From positions 8,184,001-8,248,000 of the forward strand of contig NC_043023.1 of NCBI RefSeq assembly GCF_006345805.1: a stretch of DNA of 64,000 bases, written 5' to 3'. The notes under the pieces are model-generated. The model was not told where the DNA came from, searched no databases, and worked only from the letters and a program-made list of their open reading frames with translations. The stretch comes from Octopus sinensis. Taxonomy: Eukaryota. Position numbers and translations under genes: made by a program. Shown one piece after another: positions 12,788-23,663 of the stretch. The first letter of the stretch is position 1. Each line of letters opens with the position of its first letter.

Positions 12788-13763
12788 TTGAACAAATAAT
12801 TTTTTGAGTTTCCTGTTCATCTTGATGTGGGGGTCATTGTCGAGATGTGCCTTAACTCGTAATTGAATCACAGCAATGAACTCCTAAAATGGCCATAGTG
12901 TGTTTGACTTGATTTTGTGGAACCTTTTTGATCCTGGAGTCTAACCTACCATGGTTTTTATGAACTGAACTTTTTGATGTACTCTTTTGTTGAGAGGAGT
13001 AAGAAAAAATTTTTTTAGTTGATTGATATTTTCTTTTAATTTATTTGGATTTTTAGTAGCATGACATGTATAGAATTTTTAGCCAATGTATATACCTTCT
13101 ATAGGGACGTGTATATACCTGCATTTTTTTCGCATATATATTTTTTACCTTCGAAGTTTTTTATATATGGTATAATTTTAATGTTAAGCACCATGGTAAT
13201 ATTTATATATGATCAAATGTTTTATATATAAAGTCATTGATTCATTTGATGTTTGTTTTATGATCAATGTTTCTTTATCTCTGTCTCAATTACATTTGAG
13301 AACTTCTTTTTTGTAGTCCTATAATCCCTTTGTTTCTAAAAAAGGAGACAGAAATTATTTCTTGTCATGTATATACATATATATATATATATTATATATA
13401 TATATTAATATATATATATATTATATATATGTATGTATGTATATATATATATATCTATATATATATATATATAATATATATGTATGTATATATATATAAT
13501 ATATATATATGTATATGTATATATATATATAATATATATATATGGGGGGGGGTGGAGTCTAGCTTGAACCAGCCTGAGATTTGAAGCAAAATCCACTGGT
13601 CCTAGGGGGTGGAGTGTTTCCTCATCAATCATCTAGTTCCCCTTACGAATTCCTTGAACACTAAGATGAAATGAAGCAAGGATTATGGCAGTATTATTAT
13701 TATTATTATATATATAATATATATATATAATATATATATATATATGTATATGTATGTTGTATG

Positions 13764-13833
<70 letters not shown>

Positions 13834-14300
13834 ATATATAAATATATATGTATGTATATATATAAATATATATGTATGTATAGATATAAATATATATATA
13901 TGTTATATATATTATATTATATATATATATTATATATATATATATATTATATATATTATATATATATAATATATATATAATATTATATATATATAATATG
14001 TATATATATAAATATGTATATATATACCATATATCTTAAAATATATATACATACATATATATATATGCACACATATATATACATCATATATACATATATG
14101 GGCTTCGAATGTCCCATCTGTGTTTTTGTATCATCTTCTAAATGTTTTGCATTCTTCTCCCAGTTGTATTTATATAATATATATATTATATATATATATA
14201 TATATAATATATATATATATAATATATATAATATATATAATACATATATATTATATATATAAGTAAATACAATGTCTTGTTGTTGAGATAGGTTCTCTTC

Positions 14301-14392
14301 TTTCCTGATGAGAAAAATTGCATTATCTTACACCGTTTATTCCTTTGGAAAAACCAATGTTGTCTTTGAAACATATGTCGAATATAAAAGAA
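14301..14392 (+). ncRNA. Minimal type-I hammerhead ribozyme motif (PLE-type), weaker paralog
   Basis: CTGATGA 14305-11; GAAA 14368-71; palindromic CATATG; GTC cleavage triplet; ttc/gaa stem I; stem II partly decayed. Confidence 0.65.
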
Positions 14393-14801
14393 TTCGAATA
14401 ACATCTGCATTCAACTCCATTTATTTACTTATACTACACAAATTACTGCACATTAACCGGAGTTCTACTTTGAATAGATCGCTACATCCTGTTACTTGCG
14501 TGAATTTGATACCCTGGTAACTGTTTATTGAATTTTCCATGTTAACGGTAGACAAAGAATAATTCATTCATCAATTTATGTGTGTGTGTGTGTGTGTGTG
14601 TTTGTGTGAGTGGTGTGTGTGTGTGTGAGTGTGGATGTGTGTGTGTGTGTGTGTTTGTATGTATGTATCTATATTGTATATATGTATATACATATAATAT
14701 ATGTATAATAGATGTATTATATGTGTGTGTATTATATATATAATATATATATATATAGATATATATATTTACATAATTATATATGTGTGTAAGTGTATAT
14801 A

Positions 14802-15088
14802 TGGCCCAGTGGTTAGGGCAGCAGACTCGCGGTGGTAGGATCGCGGTTTCGATTCCCAGACTGGGCGTTGTGAGTTTTTATTGGGCGAAATCACCTATAA
14901 GCTCCAGGAGGCTCTGGTAGGGGGTGGTGATCCCTGCTGTACACTTTCACCACTCTTTCTCCCACTCTTTCTTCCATTGGCCTGCTCGCTTAGCCAGCAG
15001 GGTGGCATCATTCGAAGGCTAAAACAATGCGAACGCATTGTGACCAGCGATGTGTAACTACATCTGATGGACTGGTCGGTCACGTGAT
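14802..15088 (+). mobile_element. tRNA-derived SINE (family B)
   Basis: TGGCCCAGTGG A box, GGTTTCGATTCC B box; paralogs at 22224-22500 and 3' part at 10293-10419. Confidence 0.82.
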
Positions 15089-15137
15089 ATATATACGCTT
15101 ATATACATACATACATATATATATATATATTATATAT

Positions 15138-15184
<47 letters not shown>

Positions 15185-15563
15185 TATATATTATATATAG
15201 TTTATATCCAATTAAAAGAAGAAAAGTAATGAAGTTCGGCCTCATACACCAAAGAGAACATTTTTTCACTCTGATGAAATTATACTCATGTCACATAAAT
15301 GTAAATTTATGTATAAATTTGTAAGAATTTCTTGAAATAACTGTAAGCAGCAAAGATGGCCAATTTGATAACAAAACGTATTAAATTCCTTATCTCTAAT
15401 ATCTTTATTTCTTTAAAATGAATATAAATCATGTGCTTAGTAAGATCTCTATATAATATATATGCTTAATATAGATCTAATGTTTTAAGGGAATTTCATT
15501 TCATTCCCCCAAAATTCTAGGTATTGAATGAGTTTTTCCTTGAATACATCTATCCCTTCCAAA

Positions 15564-17902
15564 GGCTCGACCCAACAGAGGGACCAGGAATCCGAGTTGA
15601 CAGTTCCTTAGTAGTTATGGCAATTACAAGCATGAAAACAGGGAAAGCTCCAGGCCCATCAGGAATTACTGCAGAGATGCTCAAAATATCTGGTAGTGTC
15701 GGCTATAGCTTAGTCACCCGTATAGTTAACCAGGTGATACACGAAGGAGTAATACCCAATGACTGCTGTAGCAGCATAATAGTCAACTGCTACAAAGGTA
15801 AAGGTGACGCCTTAGATACAAATAACTACAGGGGTATCAAGCTGCTGGATCAGGTAATGAAGGTTACGGAGAGGGTTATAGCCCAACTAATTAGAGAGGG
15901 AGTTAGCTTAGATAAGATGTAGTTTGGGTTCGTGCCAGGGAAAAGTACTATTGATGCTATATTCCTGGTAAGACAGCTGCAGGAGAAATACCTAGCCAAA
16001 GATAGGCCCCTGTCCCTGGCTTTTGTTGACTTGGAGAAAGCCTTTGACAGGGTCCCCCGATCCCTTATCTGGTGGTCAATGAGGAAACTAGGGATAGATG
16101 ATTGGTTAGTGAGAGCTGTGCGAGCCATGTACAGAGACGCTGCTAGTAAGGTGAGGGTTGGCAACGAGTACAGTGAAGAATTCCGGGTAGAGGTTGGGGT
16201 CCACCAAGGTTCAGTCCTCAGCCCCCTCCTATTTATCATAGTCCTCCAGGCAATAACGGAGGAATTCAAGACAGGATGCCCCTGGGAGCTCCTCTATGCT
16301 GATGACCTTGCTCTAATTGCCGAGTCACTATCAGAACTAGAGGAGAAGTTTCAGGTATGGAAGCAAGGATTAGAATCGAAGGGCCTTAGAATCAACCTAG
16401 CCAAAACCAAAGTCCTAATAAGTAGGAATGTAGACAAGTCACAAACGCCTTCTGTTAGATGGCCCTGCTCGATCTGTAAAAAAGGCGTGGGTAGAAACTC
16501 TATAAGGTGCACCAAGTGCAAGCTATGGACACATAAGAGGTGTAGCAATGTCAAAGGAAGGCTAACTAGGAAAATAGTTTTTGTCTGTGGCAGATGCTCA
16601 GGAGCAATAAACACTGAAAATGTGCAGAGACCAACGTCTACCATGTTCCAGGGAGAAAAACTAGAAGTAGTTGATAGCTTCTGCTACCTAGGTGACCAAG
16701 TCAGTAGCGGGGGTGGGTGTGCTGAAAGTGTTACTGCTAGAGTAAGAATAGCCTGGGCAAAGTTTAGAGAGCTCTTACCCCTGTTGCTGACAAAAGGCCT
16801 CTCGCTCAGAGTAAAAAGCAGACTGTATGATGCATGTGTACGTACAGCCATGCTACATGGCAGTGAAACATGGGCTGTGACTGCTGAGGATATGCGTAAG
16901 CTCACAAGAAATGAAGCCAGTATGCTCCGATGGATGTGTAATGTCAGTGTTCATAATCGACAGTGTAAGTACCTAGAGAGAAAAGTTGGACCTAAGAAGC
17001 ATCAGTTGTGGTGTGCAAGAGAGACGTCTGCGTTGGTATGGTCATGTGACGAGAATGGGTGAAGATAGTTGTGTGCAAAGGTGCCACACCCTAGCAGTTG
17101 AGGGAACGTGTGGAAGAGGTAGACCCAGGAAAACCTTGGACGAGGTGGTGAAGCACGACCTTCGAACTTTAGGTCTTTCCAAGGAAATGACTAGAGACCG
17201 AGACCTATGGAAGTATGCTGTTCGTGAGAGGACCCAGCAAGACTAGTGAGACCATAACCCGTGACCTCTGCCTGGTATGTAGCCAGTCGACTTATACATA
17301 TACATACCTTTCCTTCTTGGGACACAAAACTCCACTTGTGAAGACCCGTTGAGTCAAGTGAAAATCCAAATTCAAATCAAATCAGATGTTAGAAAGCAGA
17401 ACCAAAATCGAAGTCGATCAACATCAATGGAAGTTACAGCTCTGATACCCGTGCTGGTGACAAGTAAGCGAACCATCCGATCGTGGCCGTTGCTAGTGCC
17501 GCTCCAACTGGCCTCTGTGCTGGTGGCACGTAAAAAGCACCATCCGTTCATGGCAGTTGCCAGCCCCACCTGGCTCCCGTGCCGGTGGCACGTAAAAGCA
17601 CCATCCGTTCGTGGCCGTTGCCAGCCCCGGCTGGCCCCCCGTGCCGGTGCCATGTAAAAAGCACCATGCGTCCGTGGCCGTTTGCCAGCTTCGTCTGGCA
17701 CCTGTGCGGGTGGCACATAAAAAGCACCCACTACACTCACGGAGTGGTTGGCGTTAGGAAGGGCATCCAGCCGTAGAAACACTGCCAGATCAGACTGGGC
17801 CTGATGCAGCCTTCTGGCTTCACAGACCCCAGTTGAACCGTCCAACCCATGCTAGCATGGAAAGCGGACGCTAAACGATGATGATGATGATGATGATGAT
17901 GA
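15564..17902 (+). mobile_element. 5'-truncated RTE LINE, 2.3 kb, inactive
   Basis: RT motifs (GKAPGPSG, AFVDLEKAFDRV, GVHQGSVLSPLLF, LLYADDL, YLGDQ); in-frame TAG at 15920-22 where MQFGF is expected; frameshift near 16965; repeat-rich 3'UTR and (ATG)n tail. Confidence 0.95.
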
Positions 17903-18188
17903 CACAACATACATGCACAGAGTTTTTCAAAAAATTATGAAAAGCTTAAGTCATACTAAATGAATTGAATTACACTTTGAAAGGATAAATTGTAAACAAC
18001 ATTCAAGGTCACAGAAATTCAGGTCAGTTAAGGAGTGTCTTGATATTGAGTGAACATAATAAAAGAAGATGGATTGTATAGATAAATAAAATTCCAGGAA
18101 AAACACAATGAATAGCCTTATCGGCTGAGAACACTTACTTCCTGCTTACTACAATTATTGCCCCCTCATATATATATGCATATATGCA

Positions 18189-18234
<46 letters not shown>

Positions 18235-19124
18235 TCATACATGCATATTATTGCCCTCAGACCATCTGTAAATTGCATCCAGCTACAGCTGCAGGCATTC
18301 AATATTGCTGGGGTTCTGTATTTTCTGCGAGGTTTACATGTGTCCGTTGCTAGCAAGGGTATCAGGGCAGCAGAGAGCATATCTGAGAGGGCCACTATGA
18401 AAATCAGTGGCCCTAAGACAGTGCCCTGTGGAACACCACTCACTATTTGTGGTTCCGTTGAGGTGGTGCCACTGGCTACCACTGCCTGACTTCTGTCTTT
18501 CAGAAAGTCATGTAACCATTCTCCAAGTTTTCCAGCTGAACAAATAATTTTTTGAGTTTCCTGTTCATCCTGATGTGGGGGTCATTGTCGAGATGTGCCT
18601 TAACTCATAATCGAATCGCAGCAATGAACTCCTAAAATGGCCATAGGTGTGTTTGACTTGATTTTGTGGAACTCTTTTTGATCCTGGAGTCTAACCTACC
18701 ATGGTTTTTATGAACTGAACTTTTTTGATGTACTCTTTTGTTTGAGAGGAGTAGGAAAAAATTTTTTTAGTTGATTGATATTTTCTTTTATTTTATTTGG
18801 ATTTTTAGTAGCATGACATGCTATAGAATTTTTAGCCAATTGTATATACCTTCTTGATAGACCGTTGTATATACCTGCATTTTTTTTGCATATGTATTTT
18901 TTACCTTCAAAGTTTTTTTATATATGTATAATTTATATGTTTAAGTACCATGGTAATATTTATATATGATCAAATGTTTTATATATAAAGTCATTGACTC
19001 GAATTTGATGTTTGTTTTATGATCAATGTTTCTTTATCTCTGTCTCAATTACATTTGAGCACTTCTTTTTTGTAGTACTATAATCCCTTTGTTTCCATAA
19101 AAGGAGACAGAAATATTATTTGTC

Positions 19125-19170
<46 letters not shown>

Positions 19171-19243
19171 GAGGATAATATCGATATTTAAGTATCCATA
19201 TTATCTAGTGGCCAGCATGGGAAAAATACCTCATTTTTAATTG

Positions 19244-19308
<65 letters not shown>

Positions 19309-19471
19309 GAATATATATAATGGGGGTGGACTCTAGCTTGAACGTGCCTGAGATTTGAAACAAGATCCATTGGTCCTAGGGGGTGGAGTGTTTCCTCATC
19401 AATCATCTAGTTCCCTTTACGGAATTCCTTGTAACACTAAAGATGAAATGAAAGCAAGGAATATGGCAGCA

Positions 19472-19516
<45 letters not shown>

Positions 19517-19817
19517 TATATATAATATATATATATACAACACATATATATATATATACATACATATATATAAATACATATATATATACATATATACAAA
19601 TAATATATGTATGTATGTATATATATATATATTATATATATTTATACATGTATATGTATATATATACACAATATATATAATATTATACATATATATATAT
19701 ATATATGCACACACACTATATATATATAATATATATACAATATATATATATATATATATACACACACATATATATAGATACATATATATATATACATATA
19801 TATATATATGCATATAT

Positions 19818-19877
<60 letters not shown>

Positions 19878-20059
19878 TAAATTTGAAAAGCTACACGCGA
19901 AACCGGTAATTTCTTTAAAAATTTTAAAATTATGTCATTTTAAGGAAAGGAAAAAAATTTTTCCAATATTCTCCAACATTTTGACACAAATATATATATT
20001 TTTTACATTTAAGCCTTCTGTCGTTTTTTTTCACACTTTACTATTTTCTTATATATATA

Positions 20060-20113
<54 letters not shown>

Positions 20114-20152
20114 ATGTAAAATTCAATGTCTTGTCATTGAGATAGGTTCTCA

Positions 20153-20248
20153 TTCTTTCCTGAGGAGAAGATTACATTATTTTACACCGTTTATTCCTTT
20201 GGAATAAAACTAATGTTGTCTTCGAAACATATGTCGAATATAAAAGAA
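20153..20248 (+). ncRNA. Minimal type-I hammerhead ribozyme motif (PLE-type)
   Basis: CTGAGGA 20160-66; stem II gaagattacatta/taatgttgtcttc; GAAA 20224-27; CATATG; GTC triplet; ttc/gaa stem I. Confidence 0.78.
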
Positions 20249-20459
20249 TTCGAATAACATCTGCATTCAACTCCATTTATTTACTTATACTCCACAAATT
20301 ACTGCACATTAACCCGGAGTTTCTACCTTTGAATAGGTCGCTACATCCTTGTTACTTGCGTGAATTTTGATACCCTGGTAACTGTTTATTGAATTTTCCA
20401 TGTTAACGGTAGACAAAGAATAATTCATTCATCAATTTATGTGTGCGTGTGTGTGTGAT

Positions 20460-20719
20460 TGTATGTTATGTATCTATATTGTATATATGTATACACATAT
20501 AACATAGGTGTAATAGATGTATTATATGTGTGTGTATTATATATATATAATATATATATTATATATATATATATATGTGTATATATATATGTATATATAT
20601 ATGTATATATATATATATGTATATATATATGTATATATATATGTATATATATATATGTATATATATATATGTATATATATATGTATATATATATATGTAT
20701 ATATGTATATATATATATG

Positions 20720-20764
<45 letters not shown>

Positions 20765-20878
20765 GTATATATATAGTGTATATATATATGTATATATATA
20801 TATGTATATATATTATGTTATATATATATATAATATTATATGTATATATATATATGTATATATATATATGTATATATG

Positions 20879-20909
<31 letters not shown>

Positions 20910-21544
20910 GTATATAATATATGTATATATGTATATTATATATATGTAGATATGTATATTATATATGTATATATATATATATGTTAATATATGTATATAT
21001 ATATGTTATATGATATATGTGTATATATATATATATATGTATATTATATGTATATAATATGTATATATATATGTATATATATATGTATGTATATATATAT
21101 GTATATATATATGTATATATATATATGTATATATATATGTATATATATATGTATAATATATATATGTATATATATATGATATATATATGTATATATATAT
21201 ATGTATATATATATGTATATATAATATGTATGTATAATATATATATATGTATATATATATGTATGTATATATATATATGTATATATATATATGTATGTAT
21301 ATATGTATGTATATATATATATGTGTATATATGTATGTATATATATATATGTGTATATATGTATGTATATATATATATATGTATATATATATGTATGTAT
21401 ATATATATATGTATATATATATATGTATGTATATATGTATGTATATATATATATGTGTATATATGGTATGTATATATATGTGTATATATGTATATATATA
21501 TGTGTATATATGTATGTATATATATATATGTATATATACATATG

Positions 21545-21595
<51 letters not shown>

Positions 21596-21605
21596 ATATA
21601 TATAA
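20460..21605. repeat. ~1.1-kb compound (TA)n/(TATG) microsatellite
   Basis: Nearly pure atatatatgt repeats. Confidence 0.97.
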
Positions 21606-22205
21606 ATTAGTAATGCAATACTACAGTATTGCTTTCCAGTAAAGAATAGCCCGTGAGGGAAAAATACACAAAGTAGTAAATATATGTCCCACGAAGTACC
21701 GATATTTACTGGAAATAGCGAACGTAATAATACGACGCTAATGTATAGCTTCACCGCGTATGTATTAGGAAAAATGCGTGTGTGCATCAAACTAGAAAAG
21801 ATTGTCTTACCTCCAGGGAAAACATCTGAAAGATGAAATACCTGGAAAAGGATAACGTGGGACCTGCAGGTTTCAGATTTTACAAGATATGTCTGCCACC
21901 CATAATCTTGTTCTATCTTCATCAGCCAAGCATATACCATGACAAAATCTCAGATGTTACCACATTAAAGCCATTACAATCGACTTAAACGCCGAAACAC
22001 CAACAGCACGAAAACGGTGAAGAAGCTTCAATAAATTAGTAATGCAATACTACAGTATTGCTTTCCAGTAAAGAATAGCCCGTGAGGGAAAAATACACAA
22101 AGTAGTAAATATATGGCACAACGAAGTACCATATTTACTGGAAATAGCGAACGTAATAATACGACGCTAATGTATACTATTACGTATACTATTCCAGTAA
22201 ATATA
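21602..22205 (-). mobile_element. Penelope-like pseudo-LTR: ~430-bp unit + partial tandem copy + short inverted piece
   Basis: ~145-bp direct repeats at 21602-21748 and 22031-22175; inverted fragment attacgtatactattccagtaaatat at ~22178-22203; contains a hammerhead motif. Confidence 0.7.
21856..21930 (-). ncRNA. Type-I hammerhead ribozyme motif
   Basis: Minus strand tgg-CTGATGA-AGAT...ATCT-GAAA-CCTGCAGG-TC-cca (TCATCAG 21919-25, TTTC 21871-74). Confidence 0.8.
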
Positions 22206-22223
22206 TATGTGTTAGTGTATATA

Positions 22224-22500
22224 TGGCCCAGTGGTTAGGGCAGCAGACTCGCGGTCGTAGGATCGTGGTTTCGATTCACAGACCGGGCGTTGTGAGTGTT
22301 TATTGGGCGAAAACACCTAAAAGCTCCACGAGGCTCCGGCAGGGGGCGTTGATCCCTGCTGTACTCTTTAACCACTCTTTCTTCTGTTGGCCTGCTGGCT
22401 TAGCCAGCAGGGTGGCGTCACTCGAAGGCTAAAACAAAGCGAACGCAATTTGACCAGCAATGTGTAACTACATCTGATGGACTGGTCGGTCACGTGATAT
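22224..22500 (+). mobile_element. tRNA-derived SINE (family B)
   Basis: Paralog of 14802-15088. Confidence 0.82.
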
Positions 22501-23390
22501 ATATACACTTATATACATACATATATATATTTATATACATATATATATATATATGTTTGTATGTATATAGTTTATATCCAATTAAAAGAAGAAAAGTAAA
22601 GAAGATTGATCCTCATAACATCCAAAAGAACATGTTTCACTCTGATGAAATTATACTCATGTCACATAAATGTAAATTTAATGTATAAATTTGTAATAAT
22701 TTCTTGAAATAGCTGTAAGCAGCAAAGATGGCCAATTTGATAACAAAAAGTATTAAATTCCTTATCTCCAATTTCTTTATTTCTTTTAAATGAATATAAA
22801 CCATGTGCTTAATAAGATCTATATATAATATATATGCTTAATATAGATCTAATGTTTTAAGGGATTTTCATTCCCCCAAAATTCTAAGTATTGAATCAGT
22901 ATTTCCTTGAATACATCTATCCCTTCCAAAAGCTAACATATCCCCTAATTATATGCATACATATATTTTTATGTATATATATACATACATACATATCTGA
23001 GAGGGCCACTATGAAAATCAGTGGCCCTAAGACAGTGCCCTGTGGAACACCACTCACTATTTGTGGTTCCGTTGAGGTGGTGCCACTGGCTACCACTGCC
23101 TGACTTCTGTCTTTCAGAAAGTCATGTAACCATTCTCCGTTTTCAGCTGAACCAATAATTTCTTGAGTTTCCTGTTCATCCTGATGTGGGGGTCATTGTC
23201 GAGATGTGCCTTAACTCGTAATTGAATCGCAGCAATGAACTCCTAAAATGGCCATAGGTGTGTTTGACTTGATTTTGTGGAACTCTTTTTGATCCTGGAG
23301 TCTAACCTACTATGGTTTTTATGAACTGAATTTTTTTGATGTACTCTTTCTTTTGAGAGGAGTAAGAAAAAATTTTTTTAGTTGATTGAT
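22224..23390. repeat. Segmental duplication copy 3 (partial, internally deleted)
   Basis: SINE-B, AT block (22575-22950), CR1 piece (22990-23150) and following block; homology stops at gttgattgat|aagg (~23390). Confidence 0.88.
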
Positions 23391-23579
23391 AAGGCTTGTC
23401 ACACTCTGTGTCATGCTGAATCTCCCTGAGAACTACATTAGGGGTACACGCGTCTGTGGTGTACTAAGCCATTTGCATGTTAACTTCACAAATGAGCTGT
23501 TCCGTCTTCTTTGAATTACTCTTTACCTCATTTTATAAGATTTTAAAAACTATTTTACTTTCCTTTTTATTCAAAAGAC

Positions 23580-23663
23580 ATGGATGTAAATAAGATTATA
23601 AACAACATTCTGGATGGGGACTTTGAAGATGTCAAACAACTTATCAAAGAAAATCCTGAAACG
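23580..23663 (+). CDS. Exon 1 (first coding): [28 protein letters not shown]
   Basis: Pyrimidine tract + AG at 23576-77, ATG 23580, donor GTAAGT at 23664; phase 0 matches exon 2. Confidence 0.75.

Larger units (their letters stand above)
10293..14801. repeat. Segmental duplication copy 1
   Basis: Order SINE-B end / AT block (10570-10950) / RTE tail + flank / CR1 / 12787-13370 block / 13542-13700 block / 14262-14580 block is repeated in copy 2. Confidence 0.9.
14802..22223. repeat. Segmental duplication copy 2 (with 2.3-kb RTE, long TA tract and Penelope-like repeat)
   Basis: Homologous blocks at 15200-15563, 17903-18160, 18245-19125, 19320-19475, 20115-20440. Confidence 0.9.

Noticed and set aside
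14802-14870. tRNA genes at A/B-box motifs (also 6300-6369, 8000-8071, 22224-22290, 27100-27170)
   Set aside because: No complete cloverleaf; each continues into a shared SINE body.
13330-21642. Many long Y/I/M/C/V-rich ORFs (also 6190-6734 and 35770-36544)
   Set aside because: Artefacts of (TA)n/(TATG)n tracts, which lack stop codons.
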